This document shows positions 27,256 to 37,967 of a stretch of DNA of 60,925 nucleotides, piece by piece (position 1 is the stretch's first letter; each line of letters opens with the position of its first letter). Both the position numbers and the translations under genes were made by a program. Below the pieces are notes generated by a model that saw nothing but the letters and a program-made list of their open reading frames with translations, was not told where the DNA came from and made no database searches. This DNA is from Akkermansia muciniphila. GTDB lineage: Bacteria > Verrucomicrobiota > Verrucomicrobiia > Limisphaerales > UBA9464. The stretch covers positions 1 through 60,925 of the forward strand of contig CAMASJ010000001.1 in the NCBI GenBank assembly GCA_945860685.1, read 5' to 3'.

Positions 27256-29280
27256 CTACTTGCCGAACGCAATGGTCTCGCCGGACCTGTCCGAGGAGGA
27301 TTCCTCCGGGCGGGCGATGACCTCCGCGGGGATCTCGCGGACGTCCTTCAGCCCCTGCTTCACGCACGCGAGGTTTTCCTGAACGACGTGCTCGCCGCGC
27401 TTCCCGAAGTACTTTCGGATGAACTTCTCCACCGCGCCGAGGACCTCGGCCTCACCCATCCGGTAGCGCACCGCGAACGGGGTGACCTTGATGAAGATGC
27501 CCACCAGGACCACCCCCTGCATGCGTTGCTGGAGATCCGGATCCGTGGCGATCCCCCGGGCGATCTTCACGGTGTCGAGGTAGTACACCCGGAGGTTCTT
27601 CATCCGGATGATCTTCCGTCCGTAGGCCGGGATGTCGTTCCACACGGCCGCGGGGTCGGCGTGGTGGCTCTGGATGAACACGCTTCCTCCCTCGGCGATG
27701 CCGGCGAGGGGATTGCCGAGGTTGAACGCGTTGACGTCGTTGAGGGGGATGAACTCGACGTGTTCGAGCTCGCTGTGACAGCGGATGTGTTCCTCGGCCA
27801 CCGTCAGGTAGTAGGTGGTCGGCAACCCCTTCTTCTCTGAGCCATACTTGGAGTAAGCCTGCACGTGGAGGTCGAAGAGTTCGCCGACGAACGAGGCGAT
27901 GAGCTTGTTGGTGGTGACCGATCCGAAACCGCCCACGGAATGGCCCCGCATCGAGAAGGCGCCCTCGGGCCGGATATCCGGATCCTCGCCGAGGTCGAGC
28001 GCCAGCGGATGCTGGATGCCAACCACCGCGAAGTCCTTGGAAGCCGCGGACCGGAGGTTCTCCACGATGGCGATGAAATGCCCGGCGCGGACATCGCGGG
28101 ATCCAAGACCGGCCGAGATGGAGCAGATACTCGGAATCCGCGTTACCTCCGGATAGCGGAGTCCACCAGCGGATCCGTAGCCGATTCCCATCAGGGCGTC
28201 GGCGAAGGAGGCCTTGATCGCCTGAGTGAGCGGATTGGATTGGGCGAGCGGATTGTCCATTCGCTCGATCACGGCGAAGGACTTCACGTTGCGGAGCGTG
28301 GCCACGACCTGCGTTGCGGGGAAGGGCGCGAAACAGGTGACATGGACAACCCCGACGCGGATGCCGTGCCGGACCCGGATGTAGTCCACGGCCGCCCTTG
28401 CCGTTTCCATCATGCCTCCCAGACCGACCAGCGCGTACTCGGCGTCGTCCATCCGGTATCGGTCGACGAGCTCATAGTACCTGCCGGTCTTCGAACCGAA
28501 CTCGGTCATCGCCTCCTCGATCGCGGCCATGACGCGGTCGTAGTAGCCGCGTTGGGCGATCTTGCCCTTCATGTACGAGTCCTGATTCTGGACGACGCCA
28601 GACATGATGGGATTCCTCGGATCGAAGAGGCAGCGCAGCCGCTCATTGGGATCCCCGACGAAATCCCTCATGAACTCGGGCTCGGGCAGCCGGACATTCT
28701 CGATGGTGTGCGTGGTCAAAAAACCGTCTTGGATGTTCATGAACGGCGTGTCACTGGCCTCGGCGGCGCGGCGTGAGATCAGCGCGAGATCGCCGGTCTC
28801 CTGGGCGTTACGGGCGAACAGCATGGCCCAACCGCAGTCCGCGACGCTCATCACGTCGTCGTGCCCGCAATGCACGTTCAGCGACTGGCTGGTAAGGGCG
28901 CGTGCGCCGATGTGGAAGACGATCGGCAGCCGCTTGCCGGAAATCGTGTAGAGGACCTCCTTCATCAGGACGAGCCCCTGTCCCGAGGTGAAGTTCGTCA
29001 CCCGCCCGCCCGCGAGCGCGAAACCCTCGCAGGTGGACGCCGCCGAATGTTCCGACTCGGCCTGCACGAACGCCAGGGTGTCACCCCAGAGGTTCGCACG
29101 CCCATTCGATACCTCGGTCTGATAACCCGCGCCCATCGTGGTTGAGGAGGTGATCGGATAGGCGCAGGCCCCATGGGTGATATGGGTCTCCACCCAAACC
29201 ACGGCGCCAGCACCGTCGGAGCTGGTGGGGATGCCGGGAAAGGGAATCTCGGGTGCGGTGCGGATAAAGGTCGTCTCCAT
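27256..29280 (-). CDS. 2-oxoacid:ferredoxin oxidoreductase, fused alpha/gamma subunit
   Basis: ATG at 29280 (METTFIRTAPEIPFPGIPTSSDGAGAVVWVETHITHGACAYPITSSTTMG...), pyruvate/2-oxoglutarate:ferredoxin oxidoreductase domains I-II-III. 674 aa. The 2-oxoacid specificity cannot be told by eye. Confidence 0.88.
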   Translation of the reverse strand: METTFIRTAPEIPFPGIPTSSDGAGAVVWVETHITHGACAYPITSSTTMGAGYQTEVSNGRANLWGDTLAFVQAESEHSAASTCEGFALAGGRVTNFTSGQGLVLMKEVLYTISGKRLPIVFHIGARALTSQSLNVHCGHDDVMSVADCGWAMLFARNAQETGDLALISRRAAEASDTPFMNIQDGFLTTHTIENVRLPEPEFMRDFVGDPNERLRCLFDPRNPIMSGVVQNQDSYMKGKIAQRGYYDRVMAAIEEAMTEFGSKTGRYYELVDRYRMDDAEYALVGLGGMMETARAAVDYIRVRHGIRVGVVHVTCFAPFPATQVVATLRNVKSFAVIERMDNPLAQSNPLTQAIKASFADALMGIGYGSAGGLRYPEVTRIPSICSISAGLGSRDVRAGHFIAIVENLRSAASKDFAVVGIQHPLALDLGEDPDIRPEGAFSMRGHSVGGFGSVTTNKLIASFVGELFDLHVQAYSKYGSEKKGLPTTYYLTVAEEHIRCHSELEHVEFIPLNDVNAFNLGNPLAGIAEGGSVFIQSHHADPAAVWNDIPAYGRKIIRMKNLRVYYLDTVKIARGIATDPDLQQRMQGVVLVGIFIKVTPFAVRYRMGEAEVLGAVEKFIRKYFGKRGEHVVQENLACVKQGLKDVREIPAEVIARPEESSSDRSGETIAFGK

Positions 29281-29412
29281 GGCGGTCCAGGTCGGGATAC
29301 GGGTACGCGAAACGAGTGACTTGCGGATCGGGGAACCTGTGCATTGAGCAAACGACCGGGCCGAAGCCACAAGTCATTTGTCGTGGATGCGGGAGGTGGG
29401 CCGGAAATCGGC

Positions 29413-29447
29413 AAAAAAGGCCGGGAAGCTTCCGCTTCCCGGCCTTT
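29413..29447 (-). terminator. Rho-independent terminator downstream of nrdJ (could work in both directions)
   Basis: Perfect 11-bp stem GGCCGGGAAGC (29419-29429) / GCTTCCCGGCC (29434-29444), loop TTCC. On the minus strand it is followed by T6 (plus-strand A6 at 29413-29418). TTT follows on the plus side. Confidence 0.7.
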
Positions 29448-29477
29448 GGAGACCGTCACAAGGGCTACCGATGCCGA

Positions 29478-32400
29478 TCAGGAGCAGCCAAGACTCTCAC
29501 CGCAGTTGAGGCACTTGTAACAGGCGCCGTTGCGCACCGCTATATGCCCGCACTTGGGACACGGCGGAGCGTCCTTTTGATTCTGGATCGTCGAGGTGAG
29601 AGCCGATGCGACCAAATGTCCGGCCGCGGCCACAGAAGGTTGCCCTTCGGAGTTGGTGGCGGTCGTCTTTACCAGGATCGAGGTGTCCCCTTCGTCGGCG
29701 ATCGGAAGGTCAGAGACCGGCCGATTCACTTTTTTTTTCAGCTCCCCGGCCAGGCCCGGCATCGGGAGTTCCGTCTGACCGGCGCCGGGGGACGTCGACT
29801 CGCGGTAACCGGGAATGAACTGGCAGGCCATCCACCGGAAGACGTAGTCGATAATCGAACTGGCCTGGCGGATGTCCGGGTTGCGGGTGAACCCGCTGGG
29901 CTCGAAGCGCTGGTGGGCGAACTTCTTCACCAACGCTTCCAACGGGACCCCATACTGCAGGGACATGCTGGTGAGGGCGCCGACGGAGTCCATGAGGCCG
30001 CCGATCGTCGAACCCTCCTTGGCCATGGTGACGAAGAGCTCGCCGGGTTGGCCGTTCTCGAAGAGCCCGACCGTGAGGTAGCCTTCGTGTCCGGCGACGT
30101 CGAACTTATGGTTGATCGCCATCCGGGTGTCGGGCAGGCGGCGGCGAGAGGGATTGCGGCTCTGGAGGGTCACTCGGTTGAGGTCCGCCTCCAGCTCCAG
30201 GATGCGGGTCTCCAGGGTCTTGACCTGTTCCGCCGGCACAACGGCCTCCGCCTTGTCGCCGCCTTCGCTGGTCTTCTTGGTGTTCAGTGGCTGCGACCGC
30301 TTGGAACCGTCGCGGTAGATCGCCACGCACTTGAGTCCCATACGCCAGGCGTCCACATAGGCACTGCGGATCTCCTGGGTCGTCGCCTCGTTGGGCATGT
30401 TGACGGTCTTGGAGATCGCACCCGAGATGAACGGCTGTGCGGCGCCCATCATGCTGAGGTGGGCCTTATAGTGGATGCTGCGTTGACCGCGGAAGGGCTT
30501 GAAGGCGCAGTCGAACACCGACAGGTGATCCGGCTTCAACCCAGACGCTACGACCGCACCATTCTCACCCAAAACATCCTCAATGGTGTCGTACTTCTCG
30601 ATGTGCTTCTCGATGGCCAGCACCTCGTTGGCGGAATAGCCCAATCGACGAAGAGCTTCCGGCGCCGTGCGGTTCACGATCTTCAGCATGCCGCCACCGG
30701 CGAGCAGTTTGTACTTCACCAGGGCGATGTCGGGCTCCACGCCGGTGGTGTCGCAGTCCATCAGGAAGGCGATGGTCCCCGTCGGCGCAAGCACCGTGAC
30801 CTGGGCGTTCCGGTATCCATGCCGTTCACCGGACGCAAGGGCCCTGTCCCAGCAATGGCGCGCCTCGTCCTTGAGGTAGGCGAACTCGCGGCTCGGCTGG
30901 ATCGTTTCGACGGCCTGCCGGTGCTGGCGGACGACGCCGAGGGTCGACGTGATGTTGTCGGCGGCCACGGTCTTCTTCACTCCAGCGCAGCGCGTGTCAC
31001 GATAGCCGGGGAACGGCTCCATGATCGAAGCAATGGCGGCGCTCTGTTCGTAAGCGTGGCCGGTCATGACCGCGGTGATGGCTCCGGCCAGTGCACGTCC
31101 CTCGTCGGAGTCGTACGCGAGACCGTAGCTCATGATCAGCGAACCCAAGTTGGCGTAACCCAGGCCCAGCGTGCGGAAGATGTGGGAGTTCTCGGCGATG
31201 ATCTGCGTCGGGTAGCTGGCGTTGTCGACGAGGATCTCCTGGGCCGTGATGTAGATGCGGACCGCGGCCTTGAACCTCTCGACGTCGAAGGAACCGTCGG
31301 CCTTCTTGAACTTCATCAGGTTCAACGAGGCGAGGTTGCAGGCGGTGTTGTTGAGAAACACGTATTCCGAACAAGGGTTCGTGGAGTGGATCGGCTCGGT
31401 TCCCTTGCAGGTGTGCCACTTCTGAATGGCCCCATCGTACTGGAGACCGGGATCGCCGCAGACCCAGGTGCCTTCCGCGATCTGGTCGAGCAGTCGCGAC
31501 GCATCCTTCTTCTCCAGCGGCTTGCCGGTGGTGACCGATCGGGTCCACCATTCCTTGCCGTCGACGGCGGCCTGCATGAACTCGTCCGAAACCCGTACCG
31601 AGAGGTTCTCGTTCTGGTACATCACCGACCCGTAGGCGTCGCCATTGAACGAGCCGTCGTATCCCTGCTCGATCAAAGCCCAGGCCTTCTTCTCCTCCTT
31701 GGCCTTGGCGGTGATGAACTCCTCCACATCCCCGTGCCAATCACGGATGGTGTTCATCTTGGCCGCACGCCGGGTCTTGCCACCCGACTTCACCACGTTG
31801 GCGACCTGGTCGTAGACCTTCAGGAAACTCATTGGTCCGCTGGGGCGCCCGCCGCCGGAGAGTTTCTCCTTGCTGGACCGGATCGGGGTGAGATCCGTGC
31901 CTGTGCCCGAACCGTACTTGAAGAGCATGGCCTCCGAGTAGGCGAGCTCCATGATCGTCTCCATGTTGTCCTCAACGGACTGGATGAAGCACGCGGAGCC
32001 TTGGGGATACTCGTACTGAGTCGGAGCGCGCCGGGCTTCCTCAGCTTTGCGATCCCAATACCAATTGCCCCGGTCGCTGTTCTTGCCCACCCCGTACTGG
32101 TGGAATAGGCCGACGTTGAACCAAACCGGGGAGTTGAAGGCGCCGTACTGGTTGACGCAGAGCCAAGTCAACTCCTCGTAGAAGAGCTCGCCCTCCTCCT
32201 TGGAAAAATATCCGTCGGCAATCCCCCAGTCGGCGATCGTGCGGGTCACCCTGTGGATCAGCTGCCGAACGGAGTGCTCCCGCTCGGCCTTGGACGGATC
32301 TCCGTAGAAGTATTTGGAGCACACCACCTTGGTTGCCAACTGAGACCAGCTTTTGGGCACCTCCACACCCTCCTGCTTGAAGATCGTCTTTCCGGAGTCG

Positions 32401-32597
32401 TCGGTGATCTCCGCGGTCCGCCTGTCCCACTCGATCTGGTCGAACGGCTTGACTCGGGGATCGCTGAAGACCCGGCCAAAGGTCAGGCGGTTGGAGGCGT
32501 TCCGGCGGGCGGAAGCACGTGGACTGGTCTTGGCCTTGGCCGGGCGCTTGCGGGCGGCCGGGGCCGATGAAACGACGGTATCGCGGGCGTCGAGCAT
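29478..32597 (-). CDS. nrdJ: Class II (adenosylcobalamin-dependent) ribonucleoside-diphosphate/triphosphate reductase
   Basis: 1039 aa. Motifs ...NPCSEYVFLNNTACNLASLNL..., GLGYANLG and SGGISKT-like AISKTVNMP. The C-terminal zinc-ribbon-like CPKCGHIAVRNGACYKCLNCGESLGCS is typical of NrdJ. Confidence 0.93.
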   Translation of the reverse strand: MLDARDTVVSSAPAARKRPAKAKTSPRASARRNASNRLTFGRVFSDPRVKPFDQIEWDRRTAEITDDSGKTIFKQEGVEVPKSWSQLATKVVCSKYFYGDPSKAEREHSVRQLIHRVTRTIADWGIADGYFSKEEGELFYEELTWLCVNQYGAFNSPVWFNVGLFHQYGVGKNSDRGNWYWDRKAEEARRAPTQYEYPQGSACFIQSVEDNMETIMELAYSEAMLFKYGSGTGTDLTPIRSSKEKLSGGGRPSGPMSFLKVYDQVANVVKSGGKTRRAAKMNTIRDWHGDVEEFITAKAKEEKKAWALIEQGYDGSFNGDAYGSVMYQNENLSVRVSDEFMQAAVDGKEWWTRSVTTGKPLEKKDASRLLDQIAEGTWVCGDPGLQYDGAIQKWHTCKGTEPIHSTNPCSEYVFLNNTACNLASLNLMKFKKADGSFDVERFKAAVRIYITAQEILVDNASYPTQIIAENSHIFRTLGLGYANLGSLIMSYGLAYDSDEGRALAGAITAVMTGHAYEQSAAIASIMEPFPGYRDTRCAGVKKTVAADNITSTLGVVRQHRQAVETIQPSREFAYLKDEARHCWDRALASGERHGYRNAQVTVLAPTGTIAFLMDCDTTGVEPDIALVKYKLLAGGGMLKIVNRTAPEALRRLGYSANEVLAIEKHIEKYDTIEDVLGENGAVVASGLKPDHLSVFDCAFKPFRGQRSIHYKAHLSMMGAAQPFISGAISKTVNMPNEATTQEIRSAYVDAWRMGLKCVAIYRDGSKRSQPLNTKKTSEGGDKAEAVVPAEQVKTLETRILELEADLNRVTLQSRNPSRRRLPDTRMAINHKFDVAGHEGYLTVGLFENGQPGELFVTMAKEGSTIGGLMDSVGALTSMSLQYGVPLEALVKKFAHQRFEPSGFTRNPDIRQASSIIDYVFRWMACQFIPGYRESTSPGAGQTELPMPGLAGELKKKVNRPVSDLPIADEGDTSILVKTTATNSEGQPSVAAAGHLVASALTSTIQNQKDAPPCPKCGHIAVRNGACYKCLNCGESLGCS

Positions 32598-33065
32598 GGG
32601 CGTGGATGGTCTGGGTGGTCGGACGGATGAGATGGTTGGACTTCCGTACCCCCTTATCTTCCCTTGTCAGAGAGAATTGCAGGGATCCGAATGCCCGGGT
32701 TGAACAGCGAAAGCGTAACCTCGTCGGAACGCTTCCGACCCAACAAATTGGGGCCGGCTCCGGAGGCTACCCCTACATCTTGTGGTTACAAGAGGGTTTT
32801 GTTTGAAAAGTGCGTTCGCGTTAAACCCGCCCAAACCCGAGGTGTTTCTCATCTGTAAACCGTCTATTCTGGGCGTCACAAACCCGGTCCTTGGAAGATG
32901 CTGAAATCCAAAGGTCAGCGCCCACAAAATGGAGCGCAGCTTCCTAGTCGGATGATCTTGCACAACGCCAACGACTTCGGGGGGGGGCACGGAGCAACCA
33001 GCTGGGACTCGGCTTTGCATGAGCCGGGAAATGCAGGCATCCTCCGGTCCGGACAGCCTCCGCCT

Positions 33066-34415
33066 ATGAACACCTCGATCCCCGCTTCTTTACCGGGCCC
33101 ACAAAGTCCTCCCATCCAGAAGGAAACAACGGCAGGCAATTACTTCGTTTCAAACTACCCTCCCTTTGCCTTTTGGAAGTCGGAAGCGGTGCCGCTTTTC
33201 GAGTCGGTTTTGGAGCGTCCCGCCGATCATCAAGTGCCACTCGGTCTCTACGTGCACATCCCGTTCTGTCGGAAGAGGTGCCATTTCTGTTACTTTCGTG
33301 TCTATACAGACAAGAATGCGGATGAAATCAGGAACTATATCGATGCCGTCCTTCAAGAACTGAAGGCCTATGTTTCCAAACCCTATCTCCAGGGGCGCAA
33401 ACCGAAGTTCATCTATTTTGGAGGAGGAACCCCCAGCTACCTTTCTCCCGATCAGATCCGATTGTTGACCGATGGCATCAAGGCGTTGCTGCCTTGGGAT
33501 GACGCCACCGAAATCACCTACGAGGGCGAGCCTGGCACCCTTACGGACCTGAAGCTGCGAGCCATCCAGCAGGTAGGGGTGACACGGCTCAGCTTGGGCG
33601 TGGAACACTTCGACGATCATATCCTGGAGATCAATGGACGCGCCCACCGCTCCAAGGAGGTGTTCCGAGCCTACGCGTTTGCCAGGGAGGTGGGCTTTCC
33701 TCAGGTCAACGTCGACCTGATCGCCGGCATGGTTGAGGAAACCGAGGAGAAGTGGAGGGAAACCGTGGCCAAGGCGGTGGAACTGCTTCCGGACTCGGTG
33801 ACGATCTACCAGATGGAAGTGCCCTACAACACGGGGATCTACCGTCAGATGAAGGCCGAGGGGAAACTGGTGGCGCCGGTCGCGGACTGGGAGACGAAGC
33901 GCCGATGGGTGGACTATGCGTTCAGCGAGTTCGAGAAGGTCGGCTACACCGTCACCAGCACCACCACGGTCGTCAGGGATCCGGCGAAAGTCCGATTCGA
34001 CTATCGCCAAGGACTTTTCAGCGGAGCCGATCTCCTGAGCGTCGGCGTTGCGAGCTTCGGCCACCTCGCTGGAATCCACTACCAAAACCACCACGACTTC
34101 GCGCCGTATGTCGAAGCGGTGAACTCCGGCCGACTCCCGATCTATCGGGCCTACCCCGTTCCGACCGATGAACGCTTCCTCCGGGAATTCATGCTGCAGC
34201 TGAAACTGGGAAGAGTCGAAACAGCACCCTTCGTACAGAAGTTCGGGGAGGAACCGTCCGAACACTTCGCCGAGCCCCTCGAGGCCTTGCGTTCAGCCGG
34301 GCACCTGGTCGACGGCCCCGGATGGATTGGACTGACCCGCGCCGCCCTGCTTCAGGTCGATTCCCTCCTTCCCCTGTTCTTTAAGCCCGAACATCGAACG
34401 GGCCGTTATGCCTGA
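33066..34415 (+). CDS. Radical SAM protein, HemN/HemW-like (oxygen-independent coproporphyrinogen oxidase family)
   Basis: ATG at 33066. LGLYVHIPFCRKRCHFCYFRV (CxxxCxxC with the HemN-type context), YFGGGTPS, and a C-terminal HemN_C-like region. The track ORF begins 56 codons earlier. Confidence 0.85.
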   Translation: MNTSIPASLPGPQSPPIQKETTAGNYFVSNYPPFAFWKSEAVPLFESVLERPADHQVPLGLYVHIPFCRKRCHFCYFRVYTDKNADEIRNYIDAVLQELKAYVSKPYLQGRKPKFIYFGGGTPSYLSPDQIRLLTDGIKALLPWDDATEITYEGEPGTLTDLKLRAIQQVGVTRLSLGVEHFDDHILEINGRAHRSKEVFRAYAFAREVGFPQVNVDLIAGMVEETEEKWRETVAKAVELLPDSVTIYQMEVPYNTGIYRQMKAEGKLVAPVADWETKRRWVDYAFSEFEKVGYTVTSTTTVVRDPAKVRFDYRQGLFSGADLLSVGVASFGHLAGIHYQNHHDFAPYVEAVNSGRLPIYRAYPVPTDERFLREFMLQLKLGRVETAPFVQKFGEEPSEHFAEPLEALRSAGHLVDGPGWIGLTRAALLQVDSLLPLFFKPEHRTGRYA

Positions 34416-34899
34416 ACCTGAATCCGAAACCCCGCCCCGACTCAGCCACATCGCCGAATCTGGCGAGGCTTCGATGGTGGACGTGTCCCATAAGCCAGAT
34501 CTCTTTCGGGAGGCCATGGCCGTAGGTGAGATCCACCTGACCCGATCCACCGTCGACCTCATCGAGTTGGACCAGATGGCGAAGGGAAATGTCTTGGCGA
34601 CTGCCCGGATCGCCGGAATCCAGGCGGCCAAGCGAACCGGTGAACTGATCCCACTGTGCCATCCGCTTCCCATCACGCATTGCGAAGTGGAACTGGTTGT
34701 TCCTGAAAGCCGCAACCGCGTGGAGATACGGGCCACCGCCCGGATCATTGGTCCCACAGGCGTTGAGATGGAGGCACTGACCGCGGTCTCCGTCGCTGCC
34801 CTGACCATCTACGACATGTGCAAGGCTGTGGACAAGACGATGCGAATCGAGGGAATACGACTGGTTCGAAAAATGAAGCAAGCATTGCCCCCAGCTTGA
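34408..34899 (+). CDS. moaC: Cyclic pyranopterin monophosphate synthase MoaC
   Basis: LSHIAESGEASMVDVSHKP...KGNVLATARIAGIQAAKRTGELIPLCHPLPI...ALTIYDMCKAVDK are canonical MoaC motifs. The start overlaps the upstream gene by 8 nt. Confidence 0.92.
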   Translation: MPEPESETPPRLSHIAESGEASMVDVSHKPDLFREAMAVGEIHLTRSTVDLIELDQMAKGNVLATARIAGIQAAKRTGELIPLCHPLPITHCEVELVVPESRNRVEIRATARIIGPTGVEMEALTAVSVAALTIYDMCKAVDKTMRIEGIRLVRKMKQALPPA

Positions 34900-35135
34900 C
34901 GGGAGAAAGGACCGCCGGGACGAATCGCCCATCCATGGTCCTCAGGCGATTCAAATCACCGCGCTGACTTTTGCGAGAGGCAACCTGCCGCTGACCCAGC
35001 GGTCGAGCCTTCGGTAGCTGGACAGACTGCCCGCTCTTGGATTTTCTCCAGATTACTCCTGGTCGAGCCTCAGAGGTTCGGAATCGCCACAATCCAAACC
35101 CTGGTGGTGCCCAAGAAAGCGACCCCCACAAAAGC

Positions 35136-35175
35136 AAAAATGCCAAACTTGAACGGGTCAAGTCGGGCATTTTTT
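35136..35175. terminator. Bidirectional hairpin terminator candidate between moaC and the convergent secreted-protein gene
   Basis: AAAAATGCC-aa-ACTTGA-acggg-TCAAGT-cg-GGCATTTTT. This is a two-tier stem flanked by an A-run and a T-run, so each strand sees a stem followed by a U-tract. Confidence 0.5.
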
Positions 35176-35187
35176 GAAAGGAAAGGA

Positions 35188-35787
35188 TCAGAGGCGGCCA
35201 GCAGCAGCACCAGCGTAAGGAGTAACAGTCTGCGACGGGATCACCGTGTTAGCGGTGACGTTGGTCACGGTGACGGCGTTGGTGTTACCGGGGGCACTAA
35301 GATCGTCCGTGACGGCCTTGCTCAGGGCGCGACGGGCCTTGGCAACCGCGGCTTCAGAGCGAACGGTGACCTTGGATTCGGGCGCAATGCGATCAGCGAC
35401 GGCGATCACCTTCTGGTCTTCGCCAGTGGCGAACACAGCAGCGGAGACGATCGTCTTGACCATTTCAGGAGCCTCCTCGATCGCGGCAGCCACAACGGCC
35501 TCGGTCGCCTCAGGAGTGCGACGCAGGACCGAAGTGATAACCACGGACAGGGCCGAAGGGTTGTTCTTGGCAACGGCGAGAACCACACTCTTGGCGGTCT
35601 CAACACGGTTCGCCGCAGAAGCCGAAGCGATCAACTTGGTGGCAGTCGCGGGCAATTCAACCGTCTTGGCGGCAATGATCTTCTGGGTCAGGGCCTCAAC
35701 GTCGCTCGTCGAGAGCGCGAACGCGGAAGACGAGACCAGAACCGACGCAACGGTGATCAGTTTGAAATTTCGGGAGAATGAATTCAT
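35188..35787 (-). CDS. Secreted Ala/Val/Thr-rich helical protein of unknown function
   Basis: ATG at 35787 (MNSFSRNFKLITVASVLVSSSAFA signal peptide). The mature part is a low-complexity helical repeat (AAKTVELPATATKLIASASAANRVETAKSVVLAVAKNNPSALSVVITSVL...). GC3-rich codons. No family recognised. Confidence 0.6.
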   Translation of the reverse strand: MNSFSRNFKLITVASVLVSSSAFALSTSDVEALTQKIIAAKTVELPATATKLIASASAANRVETAKSVVLAVAKNNPSALSVVITSVLRRTPEATEAVVAAAIEEAPEMVKTIVSAAVFATGEDQKVIAVADRIAPESKVTVRSEAAVAKARRALSKAVTDDLSAPGNTNAVTVTNVTANTVIPSQTVTPYAGAAAGRL

Positions 35788-35865
35788 AGGAAGTGCTCGG
35801 ATGGTCAACCAACTTCCCCCTTGATGCCGGGCCCAGCAATTCTGGTCAACACTTTAAATTGAAAA

Positions 35866-37125
<1,260 letters not shown>

Positions 37126-37228
37126 AGTTTACAAGCTGCCGCAACGGGCGTTCTCTTTCCAGTGGTAAAGAAAAGCCGGCCGCACAGGCGACCGGGCTGG
37201 ATTTTGAAGCCGGAAACCCGCGCTGGAC

Positions 37229-37855
37229 TCAGGACTTCACCGAGTCGGCCAAGGTAGGCACCTCGCGACGACTAGCCACCACTTCATCGACCAAACCAAA
37301 CTGCCGGGCCTCTTCCGCCGACATGAAGTTGTCGCGGTCGCAGGCCTTCTCCACGACTTCGTACGGCTGCCCCGTATGCTTCGAAAGGATGGTGTTCAAG
37401 CGTTCCTTGAGCTTGAGCATGTACTTCACCCGGATCTCCACGTCGCTGGCCTGCCCTTCGGCGCCGCCGAGGACCTGGTGGATCATGATGTTCGCGTTCG
37501 GAAGCGCGAAGCGCTTGCCCTTGGTGCCGCCGGAAAGCAGGACCGCTCCCATGCTCGCCGCCTGTCCGACGCAGTAGGTGTTCACGTCGCAGGTCAACCA
37601 CTGCATCGTGTCGTAGATCGCCAAACCCGCGGTGACGCTACCGCCCGGAGAGTTGATGTAGAAATGGATGTCCTTCTTGGGGTCCGTCATCTGCAGGAAA
37701 AGAAACTGTGCCACGATGACGTTGGCGACCATGTCGTCCACCGGCGTGCCCAGGAATATGATCCGATCGACCAGCAACCGGCTGTAGAGGTCGTACCCCT
37801 TTTCGCCGCGGCCGGTTTGTTCGATGACATACGGAATGTTGACGAAATTGCGCAT
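37229..37855 (-). CDS. clpP: ATP-dependent Clp protease proteolytic subunit ClpP
   Basis: ATG at 37855 ([36 protein letters not shown]...). Catalytic context INSPGGSV...GQAASMGA...IMIHQ. It lies upstream of clpX. Confidence 0.93.
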   Translation of the reverse strand: MRNFVNIPYVIEQTGRGEKGYDLYSRLLVDRIIFLGTPVDDMVANVIVAQFLFLQMTDPKKDIHFYINSPGGSVTAGLAIYDTMQWLTCDVNTYCVGQAASMGAVLLSGGTKGKRFALPNANIMIHQVLGGAEGQASDVEIRVKYMLKLKERLNTILSKHTGQPYEVVEKACDRDNFMSAEEARQFGLVDEVVASRREVPTLADSVKS

Positions 37856-37967
37856 AAATGGATCGGAACTAAGTGCCCGCAGGCTAGGAGTCGACCGGCG
37901 GAGCGTCAAGGAACCCACCAACTCAATGCGGGCTTTACTCCAAGCCGCCTCTTCGGAAAGTGGGCCC

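Noticed and set aside
29316-32108. 930-aa plus-strand ORF
   Set aside because: It is antisense to nrdJ, which has unmistakable class II RNR motifs, and its own sequence is low-complexity R/G/L/V-rich. The same reasoning applies to 1393..2559, 2640..3671, 5966..7312, 7730..8914, 13878..15182, 14237..15979, 15639..16958, 17179..18177, 25918..27108, 41438..42787, 46107..47498, 48488..49690, 54086..55507, 54184..55473, 55781..57232 and 56755..57870.
32598-32900. Cobalamin riboswitch or canonical NrdR boxes in the nrdJ leader
   Set aside because: No B12-box-like string was seen on the minus strand. The two palindromes present are 13 and 15 nt and do not fit the 16-bp NrdR consensus. They are kept only as a low-confidence item to scan for computationally.
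34745-35170. 141-aa minus-strand ORF between moaC and the secreted-protein gene
   Set aside because: Its start lies inside the bidirectional terminator hairpin, it overlaps the moaC 3' end, and the sequence is Arg/Trp/Ser-rich without features.
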